Positions 38,719 to 49,001 of a DNA stretch of 64,000 nucleotides are shown one piece after another; the first letter of the stretch is position 1; each line of letters opens with the position of its first letter. Source of the stretch: Chitinivibrionales bacterium (GTDB lineage Bacteria; Fibrobacterota; Chitinivibrionia; Chitinivibrionales; WJKA01). A program made the translations under genes and the position numbers. The notes beneath the pieces are model-generated. The model was not told where the DNA came from, did not search any database, and saw only the letters and a list, made by a program, of their open reading frames with translations. The DNA lies in contig WJLW01000019.1 in NCBI GenBank assembly GCA_014728295.1, forward strand, positions 72,527 to 136,526. The letters run 5' to 3'.

Positions 38719-39477
38719 ATGAGCAGCAAACGCTTTGAAAATCAGACAGCATTCGTCACCGGAGCCGCAGAGGGTATCGGAAAAGGTGTGGCACACCGCC
38801 TGGCACAGGAAGGTGCAACCGTCGTTCTCTGTGATATCAACGAATCATCACTCAAAGCCACCGCCGGCGAGTTTTCGAATGCTAATCTGCAGGTTGAAAC
38901 ACAATGTATCGATATATCGCAGGAGCCTCAGGTGCAGGAAGCGCTTGACGGCGTTATGCGCGATCATGGCCGCCTCGACGTCGTGGTGAACTGCGCGGCT
39001 GTCGTCGGACCGACAGGCATTAACATTTGCGATTATCCGGTTGAGGAGCTCGACAAATTATGCTTAGTCAATTTCAGGGGCGCCTTCCTGGTAACCAAAT
39101 ACAGCATCATGCACATGCGCAAACGTAACTATGGACGCATATTGCTCTATTCATCGGTTGCCGGCAAAGAAGGCAACCCCAATGCCTGCGGCTATTCAAC
39201 AACCAAAGCGGCCGTTATCGGACTGGTAAAGGGCACCGGAAAAGAGTTTGCCGAAACCGGCATTACGGTCAATGGCATTGCACCCGCGGTGATTAAAACG
39301 AAAATGGTCGAAGCAACAGCCCCGCAGCAGGTCGAGTATATGCTCAGCAAAATCCCGATGAAACGATGCGGTACCATCGAAGAAGCAGCAGCACTGTCGG
39401 CCTGGATTGTCTCGCCCGAATGCAGCTTTGTAACCGGCTTTATTTTCGATCTCACCGGCGGCCGGGCTACCTATTGA
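38719..39477 (+). CDS. Short-chain dehydrogenase/reductase (sugar-acid type)
   Basis: TGAAEGIG, SSVAGKEGNPN, YSTTK and C-terminal FDLTGGRATY. Confidence 0.92.
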   Translation: MSSKRFENQTAFVTGAAEGIGKGVAHRLAQEGATVVLCDINESSLKATAGEFSNANLQVETQCIDISQEPQVQEALDGVMRDHGRLDVVVNCAAVVGPTGINICDYPVEELDKLCLVNFRGAFLVTKYSIMHMRKRNYGRILLYSSVAGKEGNPNACGYSTTKAAVIGLVKGTGKEFAETGITVNGIAPAVIKTKMVEATAPQQVEYMLSKIPMKRCGTIEEAAALSAWIVSPECSFVTGFIFDLTGGRATY

Positions 39478-39500
39478 AAAAGGCGTCGGATTATTACCCT

Positions 39501-40553
39501 ATGAAATCAGCACAGCCCGAAGACTCGCTCCCCAGGATCGCCATAACGATGGGTGACCCCGCCGGAATCGGCCCTGAAATTGCCGTGAAATCCTTGACAC
39601 ATTCAAACGTTCACGCCCTGTGCCGACCGATACTCATCGGAGATGCCGCCGTCATCAGACAGACCGTGGCTTTGACGCATTCGTCCCATAAAGTCCGGTC
39701 AATCGCACATGTCCACCAGGCCCCGGAGGCCGAGGATGTCATTTCGGTTTACGACCTGGCCAATGCTGCGCCCGATTCGTTTGCTTGCGGTGAGGTCAGC
39801 GCGATTGCGGGTAACGCGGCATACGAAGCGATCACGACAGCGATATCACTGGCACAAAGCGGCGAGGTGGATGCAACCGTCACCGGCCCCATCAACAAGC
39901 AGGCTCTGCGGGCAGCCGGCCACGCGTTTGCCGGTCACACCGAAATATATGCACACGTTACCGAAACGAAAAGCTACGCCATGCTGCTGGCGGACAGAGA
40001 ATTGCGGATTATCCATGTTACGACGCATGTTCCTTTACGCAAAGTCTGTGACATGATTACCCGGGAGCGCGTCTTTGCCGCAATCGATATGCTGGCGAAT
40101 TTTTGTCACTCGATCGGCATCAAACGCCCCCGAATCGGCGTTGCCGGCCTCAATCCACACGCCGGCGACGGTGGATTGTTCGGCAATGAAGAAGCTGTCG
40201 CCATTGCGCCGGCAATCGAGCAGGCAGTCGACTCCGGCTATGACGCTGCCGGACCGGTACCGCCGGACACTCTTTTTTGTAAAGCAAAAGGCGGTCTCTA
40301 TGACGGCTGTGTGGCCATGTACCACGACCAGGGGCATATTCCTTTCAAATACAACGGTTTTGAATGGGACCATGCCGCCCGGACGATGAAACGAGTGAGC
40401 GGGGTCAACATCACGCTGGGCTTGCCGATTATACGCACGTCCGTGGATCACGGTACTGCATTCGACATTGCCGGGCAGGGGGTAGCCAGCGAAGAAGCGA
40501 TGGTGAATGCCATCGAATATGCCGCAAAGATGGCCCGTACGGTACGGGCGTAG
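39501..40553 (+). CDS. pdxA: PdxA-family dehydrogenase (PdxA2, 4-phospho-tetronate dehydrogenase-like)
   Basis: TMGDPAGIGPE, GHTE, TTHVPL, GLNPHAG, MYHDQG and IRTSVDHGTAFDIAG motifs. Confidence 0.93.
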   Translation: MKSAQPEDSLPRIAITMGDPAGIGPEIAVKSLTHSNVHALCRPILIGDAAVIRQTVALTHSSHKVRSIAHVHQAPEAEDVISVYDLANAAPDSFACGEVSAIAGNAAYEAITTAISLAQSGEVDATVTGPINKQALRAAGHAFAGHTEIYAHVTETKSYAMLLADRELRIIHVTTHVPLRKVCDMITRERVFAAIDMLANFCHSIGIKRPRIGVAGLNPHAGDGGLFGNEEAVAIAPAIEQAVDSGYDAAGPVPPDTLFCKAKGGLYDGCVAMYHDQGHIPFKYNGFEWDHAARTMKRVSGVNITLGLPIIRTSVDHGTAFDIAGQGVASEEAMVNAIEYAAKMARTVRA

Positions 40554-40571
40554 ACAACCTTGCATTGACCT

Positions 40572-41735
40572 ATGATCGTAGTGCTTGCTGATGACTTTAC
40601 CGGTGCGGCCGAGCTTGCCGGAATCGGGCTGCGGTATGGCCTTAATGTCAAGCTGCAAACACGCTGCACAACCGACACCTCAGTTGACCTCCTCGCTATC
40701 GACAGCGACACGCGCGCACTGGAGGCACACACGGCAAGCCGCAAACTATCCGCATACGCCGCAGCGATTGAAACCATTCCGGTGGACCTGCTCTACAAAA
40801 AAACGGATTCAGTTTGGCGGGGGCATATCGGGCTCGAAATAACGACACTCATGCAGGAACTCGCCTACCGGCGCGCCCTGCTGATTCCGGCAAATCCATC
40901 TTCGGGGAGAATCATTAAAGACGGCGCCTGCTTTATTCATAACACTCCCTTGCACCTGACTGATTTTGCCAACGATCCGCACTTTCCGGTGCGCGGCTCA
41001 CGCGTGCGCGAGTACCTCGCGTCTTCGCATCTGCCGGTTTCTGTCTGCAAAGCAACCGACGCAATCCCGCAAGAGGGCATAGTCATCGGTGAAGCCTCCC
41101 ACTTCGACGATCTGCTGGCCTGGTGCCCCAGCGTTACATCGCAAACGCTTGCTGCCGGTGCTGCAGAATTTTTTGCTGCGCTCCTCACCCATCGCGGCTA
41201 CTCAGTGATCGCACATCCTGACTATCATCCCACCGCTGAAGCCCGAACGCTTTTTGTCAACGGCAGTGCATCATCAGCGTCACGAAAGTTCGTCGCCACA
41301 TGCCGCAGCGCCGGAGTTCCCGTTTGCACCTTTCCCGGAGAACTGAACGCACTTTTTGATAACTATGAAGCGCTGCTTGATCGCTGGGTTGAAGCGACGA
41401 TTCACGCCTTTCAGTCAAGCAGATGTGTTTTGGCAGCAATTGACAAACCCCTATTAACGGATACGACCATATCCGCAGCGCTGACCCAATGCCTTGCCCT
41501 GCTCGTCGAGCGTTTGCTGGCGGAACGTGCCATTACGGAAATTTTCGCCGAGGGCGGAGCAACAGCCGCCGGCATTATCAAGCGCATGAACTGGACGTCG
41601 TTGGCGCCCGTCAATGAGATTGCGCCGGGTACGGTTCGCATGCGCATCGAGACGAATCCACTCCTGCACTTCACGACCAAGCCGGGCAGCTATCCGTGGC
41701 CGCAATCGGTATCAGCGTATATATTCAACCCGTAA
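40572..41735 (+). CDS. Four-carbon acid sugar kinase (DUF1537 family)
   Basis: LADDFTGA, YKKTDS..RGHI, PANP..GR, F.NDP.FP, EGGATA and TKPGS motifs. Confidence 0.92.
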   Translation: MIVVLADDFTGAAELAGIGLRYGLNVKLQTRCTTDTSVDLLAIDSDTRALEAHTASRKLSAYAAAIETIPVDLLYKKTDSVWRGHIGLEITTLMQELAYRRALLIPANPSSGRIIKDGACFIHNTPLHLTDFANDPHFPVRGSRVREYLASSHLPVSVCKATDAIPQEGIVIGEASHFDDLLAWCPSVTSQTLAAGAAEFFAALLTHRGYSVIAHPDYHPTAEARTLFVNGSASSASRKFVATCRSAGVPVCTFPGELNALFDNYEALLDRWVEATIHAFQSSRCVLAAIDKPLLTDTTISAALTQCLALLVERLLAERAITEIFAEGGATAAGIIKRMNWTSLAPVNEIAPGTVRMRIETNPLLHFTTKPGSYPWPQSVSAYIFNP

Positions 41736-41756
41736 GAAAACTGCACCACCTCCTGT

Positions 41757-43658
41757 TTATACTTTTACTTTAACAGGCACAGATCGACTGCTTTCGACCT
41801 TCGATGCATTGACTGCCGTAACGAAATACTCGTACGTCTGCCCGGCCCGGGCGTGCATGTCAATAAAAGTGGCCGTATTCAGCATTGTCTGATCCGATAT
41901 CTCATCTTCCCGCCCCTGGTCGTCCCTGCGAAAGACCCGGTACATGAGCAGATCTTTTTCCGGCGCGCAGCCCCACTTCAGAAAAACCTGGTCGTTGCCG
42001 CAATAACCTTTCTCGGCCGCCGCTCTGAGAATCTGAGGTGCGGCGGGAGGCGATTGGTTGACAGGTACAAGCAGGAAGAGCGATACGGCATGCATGGGCA
42101 AGTGCACGCCACACTCAAAAGCACCTTTGAGCGAAATGCACTGCACTTCATCGCACAGTTCCAATCCTTCCTTGGATCGGATTTCCTCGATGACACCGGC
42201 GGTCAACTCGTTTTCGGTTGACCTGATAAAGCTCCAGCAGCCATGTGCGTTGCTGTACTCATAGTCAATGCGGTAGTGCAGCAGGAGGTACTCGCCAAAA
42301 AACGGAATATTGGATACGCTAAGGTGCACATCGCGTGCGTTGACATCCTCATTTATGCCGTCTTCGAAGTTCCAGACCATAACCGCAAGCGAATCGTCAT
42401 CCAGCGTGGGCAGCACACCGAATTTACGGCCGAAGCCTTCGTCGTCACACTCGCCCCGCAGACGCTGATCACGCAGTTTGCTCAATAGAACATATGCGTT
42501 AAATGCCGGTTTTTTGATGAGATCGGTGGACGGATAGCTCATCAGCGGCGTCAGTTGCGAACGGTAACCGCCGAAATACTCCCGTTCCCATTGCAGATGA
42601 CAATTATCACTGTCAACTATCGACAAATTGACGTTATGGCAATCTTCAATTTGCGTACAGTATGTGGATACCATTTTGCAGATAAAGCCGGGGAAATAAT
42701 GAGTATTGCGAAAGTTAAGCCAGCTTTCATGTTTGACGCCCAGATTCCCGTCCCAGACAATATCGGATTCGTCGTTGAAAAATTGGGTCGTATGAAATTG
42801 CGGATATTTTCCGATAATGCCGCAATAACGCTTGAGTGAATTGAACAGAGTCTCGGTTGACGGACAGTACGAATCGGGACGTCCGCCCTTGCAGTGTACC
42901 GAAATGAAATCGAGCCGCGCACCCTGCTCGCCGGTGAGGTAATGATAGCCGTTGGCACAGTGCTCGAGGAATGATTCGAACATCCCAAACGATGTCTCAC
43001 GCTGCATGGTTGCCGGACCACCGGTTTTATATTCTGAATCGACGCCGTGTATTGCATGCTCGAAATAATCGTAAAGCTTACATAAGAGATCGTGACTTTC
43101 CCGGTACTCCCGAATGCCGTCCGGTTCGTTCCACAACTCGAAGTACCAGTGCCGAACCTCCTCTTTTCCATAGCGCTCTTGGAGATGGGTAACAAAATGC
43201 GTGAGTACATCCGCCCACATCGCAAAATCACGCGGCGGCGTCAATACGTCAGTCGCACCGTCCGGCCAGAGGCAGGTCGGCATCCAGACAGTCTCGACGA
43301 TGGGTTTCATATTGTGCGACAGGATAATGTCATACACCTCATCCACCAGCGAAAAATCGAAGACCAATTTACCGTTTGCATCGACACGCACGACCTTGTC
43401 ATAATGCGAATCCTTTTTGCGGGGGTTGCCATACGACTGGCCTTCTTCAACGAGGTATTTGTCACCATCGCCGTGCAGCGTCAGGATATTGTGCAGGCGC
43501 ATGTAACGGGCATGGCCGTGAAATGACGACAGGTAATCGTACATGCGCCGCGAGGGAGCGGTGCTGGTGTAGTCTGCATTGGCATATCCGAAGGCACGGT
43601 AGAAATGTGTAAACGGCTTGGCGATACTACCTGCGTCAACAGTGATGTGGATTGACAT
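41757..43658 (-). CDS. GH39 glycoside hydrolase (beta-xylosidase/iduronidase-like) with C-terminal FN3-like domain, no signal peptide
   Basis: YMRLHNIL, WYFELWNEPD, GGPA, LDFISVH.KG and FNDE motifs; YEYFVTAVN. Confidence 0.88.
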   Translation of the reverse strand: MSIHITVDAGSIAKPFTHFYRAFGYANADYTSTAPSRRMYDYLSSFHGHARYMRLHNILTLHGDGDKYLVEEGQSYGNPRKKDSHYDKVVRVDANGKLVFDFSLVDEVYDIILSHNMKPIVETVWMPTCLWPDGATDVLTPPRDFAMWADVLTHFVTHLQERYGKEEVRHWYFELWNEPDGIREYRESHDLLCKLYDYFEHAIHGVDSEYKTGGPATMQRETSFGMFESFLEHCANGYHYLTGEQGARLDFISVHCKGGRPDSYCPSTETLFNSLKRYCGIIGKYPQFHTTQFFNDESDIVWDGNLGVKHESWLNFRNTHYFPGFICKMVSTYCTQIEDCHNVNLSIVDSDNCHLQWEREYFGGYRSQLTPLMSYPSTDLIKKPAFNAYVLLSKLRDQRLRGECDDEGFGRKFGVLPTLDDDSLAVMVWNFEDGINEDVNARDVHLSVSNIPFFGEYLLLHYRIDYEYSNAHGCWSFIRSTENELTAGVIEEIRSKEGLELCDEVQCISLKGAFECGVHLPMHAVSLFLLVPVNQSPPAAPQILRAAAEKGYCGNDQVFLKWGCAPEKDLLMYRVFRRDDQGREDEISDQTMLNTATFIDMHARAGQTYEYFVTAVNASKVESSRSVPVKVKV

Positions 43659-43825
43659 GAAGTACTCCTGAGAGGAAAGTGCTACTCACCTTCTGCGGCA
43701 CATGATGATGTTGTTATGCGTGCTGATTGATCACAATAGCGCACTCAACCTGGATATATTTGAAAATGTGGCCGCGCGATCATAAGCGTCATCAAAAAAT
43801 ATTCTATGCAGTCCCGCCAGACCAA

Positions 43826-44368
43826 TTACTCATCAATGTCCCGCCTGAGTACCGCTTCCAGAAACGATTCAACCTCATCGGCATACTCAGACGCTGCAAC
43901 CATGCGATCTTTGATTGCAAACGTTGACGCTACCTTGTTAATTTTGAGATGTACGTCCAGCGGCCGAGCACCCATTTTGAAAAAGAATTTATAGAGCGCA
44001 TCGAAGCACCCGCCGCCGCCGTGCGCACCGCCCGAAACCGTTGCGATACCGACAATCTTACCTTCGTATTCATCATTCAGATAATCCAGCGCATTTTTCA
44101 GAACCCCCGCAAACGAGCCGTTATATTCGGGAGAGACAACGATAATGCGATCCGCCGTACGAATGGATTCCCCCCACTTCACGACAGGTTCGGGCGGCGA
44201 GTCGAGATACTTGAGCCGCTCATCCATAAACGGCAGTGCCGGCTCCCGGAAGTCAACTGTCTCATGCACGATTTCATCCCGCAAATCCAACCTGCCAGCA
44301 AGGTAGCTAGCGACTTTTTCCGATTGGCGTCCCCGGCGGATGCTTCCGAGTATGATTATGACCTTCAT
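43826..44368 (-). CDS. NADPH-dependent FMN reductase
   Basis: GSIRRGRQS, VSPEYNGS..GVLKNALD and S.G..GG motifs; start taken at MKVIII. Confidence 0.92.
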   Translation of the reverse strand: MKVIIILGSIRRGRQSEKVASYLAGRLDLRDEIVHETVDFREPALPFMDERLKYLDSPPEPVVKWGESIRTADRIIVVSPEYNGSFAGVLKNALDYLNDEYEGKIVGIATVSGGAHGGGGCFDALYKFFFKMGARPLDVHLKINKVASTFAIKDRMVAASEYADEVESFLEAVLRRDIDE

Positions 44369-44477
44369 GGCGCAACCTTTCTCGCTGACTTGGTGAGCTA
44401 TGATAAAAATACCACTTTCGGCAGGAATGCAGTGCCGTGGTGCGCGTGATCGGATGTCAATAAATGATTTTATAACT

Positions 44478-45650
44478 ATGATGCAGGCAAACACGATTGA
44501 CACTTCGATCTGCCGACACTTCGGCGAATGCGGCGGATGCGCGCATCTGGATGTTGACTATAACACGCAACTTCAGCGCAAGCACGATCTTCTGCGTGAA
44601 ATGTTAAGACCCTTCGAACCGCATTCGTTCCGGGATATACTGCCCTCGCCCGACGTGTACTATTACCGCAACAAAATGGAATTCTCGTTCGGCGGCCGCA
44701 AACAGGATCCTCCGAAACTTGGGCTGAAGCTCAAAAAACGCTTTGATATTGTCGTTGACTTGCAGGAATGCCGCTTGATGTCGCCGGAAGCAGTGACGCT
44801 AATTGCCGCCATACGTCACTGGGCCATTGCGGAACAATTGCCGACCTATCACAACCGTGCACACAAAGGCTTTTTGCGCTATGTTGTCATGCGGGAAGGC
44901 AAAAATACCGGGCAACGCATGGTGCACCTGGTCACGGCTGTGGGCACGCTCCCCGAATCAAGCTTTGTGCAGGCGCTGGATAGATCCGGTGCAGCGATTG
45001 ATACGATTATCTGGAGCCAGACCGCAAACGTTGCAGATGTTGCTGCGGGCGAGCAGACCCGCATTCTGACGGGAAACGGGTTGATTTTCGAAGAACTCGA
45101 CGGCAAACCGTTCATCATTAAACCAACGACCTTCTTCCAGACAAATACGCACGGTGCGCAAGTGGTCTACTCGATCATCAAGCAGGCAATTGATGAGTGC
45201 GTGGAAACGCTTTTCGATATCTACTGCGGCTCAGGATCCATCGGGCTGTTCTGTGCGGACAGCGTCTCCCGCATCATTGGCATTGAATCGGTTGAAGATT
45301 CTGTCATCGCCGCCCGTGAAAATGCCGCATTGCAGAACGTTTTGCACGCCGAGTTCATCCACGCCGATGCAGGCCTTTTTGCACGAGACACTTCCCACCA
45401 CGCAACCTGGTCCCATCCGTCAAGCATGATCGTGCTCGATCCGCCGCGCGCCGGTTTACACAAGCACATGAGACGCCTGCTCATCGAATGTCCGGTACGT
45501 AAATTTGTTTATATATCGTGCAATCCCAACGCATTGGCGCAGGATCTTGCCTATTTGCAGGATACCTATAGCATCGAGCTTATTCAGCCGGTTGACATGT
45601 TCCCGCACACTCCGCATGTCGAGACGGTTTGTGTTTTGCATAGAAAGTAA
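44478..45650 (+). CDS. rlmD: 23S rRNA (uracil-C5)-methyltransferase, RlmD/TrmA family
   Basis: C.HF..CGGC, YRNKMEF, FFQTN, DIYCGSG, DPPRAG, YISCNP and DMFPHT.HVE motifs. Confidence 0.93.
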   Translation: MMQANTIDTSICRHFGECGGCAHLDVDYNTQLQRKHDLLREMLRPFEPHSFRDILPSPDVYYYRNKMEFSFGGRKQDPPKLGLKLKKRFDIVVDLQECRLMSPEAVTLIAAIRHWAIAEQLPTYHNRAHKGFLRYVVMREGKNTGQRMVHLVTAVGTLPESSFVQALDRSGAAIDTIIWSQTANVADVAAGEQTRILTGNGLIFEELDGKPFIIKPTTFFQTNTHGAQVVYSIIKQAIDECVETLFDIYCGSGSIGLFCADSVSRIIGIESVEDSVIAARENAALQNVLHAEFIHADAGLFARDTSHHATWSHPSSMIVLDPPRAGLHKHMRRLLIECPVRKFVYISCNPNALAQDLAYLQDTYSIELIQPVDMFPHTPHVETVCVLHRK

Positions 45651-45665
45651 ACCACAGTTCATTGT

Positions 45666-48600
45666 ATGCAATCCTCGCCATATACACAATTAAACTCATT
45701 CGCCGCGACATGCCCCGGCGTTACGGTTGTTGCCGGATCGCACAGCAATGATCCAGTGCACAATCTGCTCGCCTATGCCGGGCGTCATCTCGATGAGCAC
45801 CTTCGGGATGAAATTGGTTCGCTTGTTGATGCATTTATTACGGGCCTGCAAAAGCCCGCGCCGCTGGTGCTGCAATTCAATACGATAATCCCCCGCATTC
45901 CCCTTCCTCATCGCGCGCAGATTGAAGCCCTGCTCAGAGATTTGGAAGTGCTGTTTCTTGACAGAAGATACAATTTGCTCCGAATGGTCGTGCAAACCGC
46001 TCCGTCCTATGGCGAGCTTGTCGGCTTGCTCGATACCTATTGCCTCGGACAATCCTGGGCGTCCGACCCGGAAATTCCCCGCATAGCCGCCCGGGTGGTG
46101 ATTCGTCACCTGAGTCAATGGCAGCTCATGTGTCTGTTGCACGATAAAATGCGAAGACCTCTCGACGCGCTCGCCGAGGCAACGTCCATCAATGATATCG
46201 ATATAAAGCGCACATTTGCCTGGCTGGGAAGACTTATGCTCTTTTTGCGCTGGACGCCGTACAACTGGACCGAAGAGATATTGCTCGAGATCCTTGACAG
46301 GATAAGACTTGCCGGTACGATTGACGAAACGCGACTGTGTACTTCGGTTTTGCGTTCCTTTTTCTGTCGCAGCACCGTCTCCATAACCGCAATCGAGCGC
46401 CTCGGTGAGAATATCTTTGCCCGGTTCCAGGGCAAGCTGCCCAATTCCCTGCTCCCCCTGCTGCGTGCAATTCTTATCAGCGGGGGCAATGAATGCCGAC
46501 TGTTTCTTGAGCGGCAACTCGATGAGCACCCCGAACGTTATCGTACGAGCTGGTTTCTGGAAGTAATGAGCGCACTGGACAAAGCGGCAACAGCACGTTT
46601 GCTGTGCAACAAATCGGAATCGCTCCTCACCGCTATTGACAAAGTATCCTTCATCAACCTGCTGGCCGAAACCGGGGAATCCGACGGGATGGTTTCGGAT
46701 ATGCTGCTTTCGCTCTGGGATGACAATGATGCGCGGGTCAAGATTGCCGTTCTGCAGGCAATTGACAAGCTGCGCTGTTCACGGGCCTGCGCTTTTCTGG
46801 TTGATGCATTATTGCACGAACAGGATACGCAATTGCAACTGGTGATGCTGGATACTATTGCCGACTCGGGCAGCTTTGATGCGCTCCGGCGCCTGCCTCG
46901 CAAACTGGCACAAGGCCATCCCGTAATCTACTTTCACTCAATTGACCTCTGCCATCGCAGGCTGCTGGCCAATCCGGTGCTGCTGACGCGACTCAAAAGC
47001 TATTCCCTGTTCAGGCATTTCGAAGCCGCTCGGATACGCATTTATGCATTGTATCGCTTTTTGCATGCGTTTCGCGATCTGATCGAAAGTAACCGCACAT
47101 TAGTTCGGGAAGTCGCAAACCGCAACGGTACGATTGCATATGGTGTTGCCTCCTTTATCCCCGAAGTAAATGCTCACGGCGCTGCGCACAATCACGTTCA
47201 CATCCCGCCGATGCTGCAGGCGGTACTTGACAAAATCTTCAATCTGAGCACCTCTCATTTTCGAAACATTGCATTGAGCACGGAGATGAGCGCAATCCTG
47301 GATTTTGCCCCGTATTTCAATCCGCGCTATTCCGATGATGTATTCGGCCAATCCAGCGCGCAATTTGCACGCCAGAAGGTGTTGCACCAGGCCGACTTCA
47401 CCGGTATGCCGTCCGTCGTTATCGGCGTCGAGGAGACTGCGAAAGTGCTCGATGATCTGCTCGTGCGCAGCGCCAATTCGCTCATCATGATCCAGGAGTA
47501 CTTCCTCTTCAAAGAGTGGTTTATCCGCAAAGCGCCGTTTCTGCTGCATGACGGTATTTCGGCCGTGATCGAAACAATCCGCCGCGGTGAAGAGCTGCAA
47601 TTCAGCCCCGATGCATTTCGCCAAGAAGCCGTTACGAACCGGCATCGGGAGATATTCCACATTTTTTACGAGTGCACTAAACAAGGCGTGTACCTGACCG
47701 ACCGGCTGCTCGATTACCTGAAAAAATGGCCCGGGCCAACCATTCCCGGACATGTGTGGAAAGACTTGACACACCGCCGGGCCGAAATCGCGCGTGAGGA
47801 GAAGGTTTACGATCCGCACAATGATTTCGAGCGCCATCTGCAATTCACCACCTTCGCACATCGTTACCGCTACGGCAAGGAATCGGTCGACCGTCCGTCA
47901 ATCACCTATCTCTGGCTGAAATTTGAGCTGGCATCCACGCAGCTTATCAACCAGGTTCAGGCAAACACCTGGCCGGACTTGCCGCCCCACCCCCAAATGC
48001 GCGCCACGATCGGCCCTCTGGTGAAAAACAGGTATCAGCAACAAATCGATGAGGCGGCAAACTTATTCGCATTCATCGAACAGGTTTACGAACGATACCA
48101 TCCACGCGGCATACGCATACGCATCATTCCCAACATCACCTACGGGCTGTTCTGCCTGGCGCCGATCGTCATGAATATTGTCAGAAAGGGAATACATGTC
48201 TCGCTTGCCGGCATCTCTTCGCGGTACTGTGACGATATGAATATCAGCGAATTCAAACTCGGCCGCGACGCCCTCTTCCCCGTCAAGCCATATCCATTCA
48301 GTACGGCCAGTAATTACGGCACGCTCAATCACGATCGCATACTCATTGTCATCGATGGAACCATGGAGCCGCTGCACCGCCAGTGCCCGCGCTATGTCAG
48401 GCTTCCCATGGCGCATCGGGGGTATCTCAACCACATCGCAGCGGTAAACTATGTGCGCAGCAAGTACGGATATGGCATGGACGATCCCTGCCGGGACGTT
48501 GCCTCGGCGCTGGGATTAAGTGCACGCTATATTCGTAATCTGGCACGCACCGCCACCTTTGCGCAAACCGTCGAGAATCTGCTGCAAAACTTTGACAAGC

Positions 48601-48941
48601 ATGAGCTGCAGCGCTTCCATCGCGCCACCGGCGCCGGGCGCACCTATTATACCTTTGCCCAGTGGAATCAGGACGGCCTGAGCGCACAGACCGGTGCGCG
48701 CGGCTATACCCAGCGCATTATTCCCTGCGCCACCCCGCACAACATCACCAGCCCGACCCTTCTGTTTGTCAGCATGAACGGATTTACCCAAAAAGCACAG
48801 ATTCCCGCCTTCTTTGACAACAACCCTGAAGTGGAGAAATCCCGCATCGTCATCGGTCCCTACGGCGTTAACCTCGATACCGGCTGGCCGGCTAAAGGAA
48901 AAGGTAGTGTCGTGCAGTTTCCGGAAGGTGAAAACCGCTAA
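45666..48941 (+). CDS. 1091-aa hypothetical protein with central HEAT-like repeats and an alpha/beta C-terminal domain
   Basis: Long uninterrupted ORF 15 bp after rlmD; DDNDARVKIAVLQAIDKL and LVDALLHEQD..LQ...LD.IA are HEAT-like. Confidence 0.75.
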   Translation: MQSSPYTQLNSFAATCPGVTVVAGSHSNDPVHNLLAYAGRHLDEHLRDEIGSLVDAFITGLQKPAPLVLQFNTIIPRIPLPHRAQIEALLRDLEVLFLDRRYNLLRMVVQTAPSYGELVGLLDTYCLGQSWASDPEIPRIAARVVIRHLSQWQLMCLLHDKMRRPLDALAEATSINDIDIKRTFAWLGRLMLFLRWTPYNWTEEILLEILDRIRLAGTIDETRLCTSVLRSFFCRSTVSITAIERLGENIFARFQGKLPNSLLPLLRAILISGGNECRLFLERQLDEHPERYRTSWFLEVMSALDKAATARLLCNKSESLLTAIDKVSFINLLAETGESDGMVSDMLLSLWDDNDARVKIAVLQAIDKLRCSRACAFLVDALLHEQDTQLQLVMLDTIADSGSFDALRRLPRKLAQGHPVIYFHSIDLCHRRLLANPVLLTRLKSYSLFRHFEAARIRIYALYRFLHAFRDLIESNRTLVREVANRNGTIAYGVASFIPEVNAHGAAHNHVHIPPMLQAVLDKIFNLSTSHFRNIALSTEMSAILDFAPYFNPRYSDDVFGQSSAQFARQKVLHQADFTGMPSVVIGVEETAKVLDDLLVRSANSLIMIQEYFLFKEWFIRKAPFLLHDGISAVIETIRRGEELQFSPDAFRQEAVTNRHREIFHIFYECTKQGVYLTDRLLDYLKKWPGPTIPGHVWKDLTHRRAEIAREEKVYDPHNDFERHLQFTTFAHRYRYGKESVDRPSITYLWLKFELASTQLINQVQANTWPDLPPHPQMRATIGPLVKNRYQQQIDEAANLFAFIEQVYERYHPRGIRIRIIPNITYGLFCLAPIVMNIVRKGIHVSLAGISSRYCDDMNISEFKLGRDALFPVKPYPFSTASNYGTLNHDRILIVIDGTMEPLHRQCPRYVRLPMAHRGYLNHIAAVNYVRSKYGYGMDDPCRDVASALGLSARYIRNLARTATFAQTVENLLQNFDKHELQRFHRATGAGRTYYTFAQWNQDGLSAQTGARGYTQRIIPCATPHNITSPTLLFVSMNGFTQKAQIPAFFDNNPEVEKSRIVIGPYGVNLDTGWPAKGKGSVVQFPEGENR

Positions 48942-49001
48942 CCATGCCACAGCGACACGATAGACGACCATGATTCAACCTGACTTCGGGAATCAAGGCG
49001 C

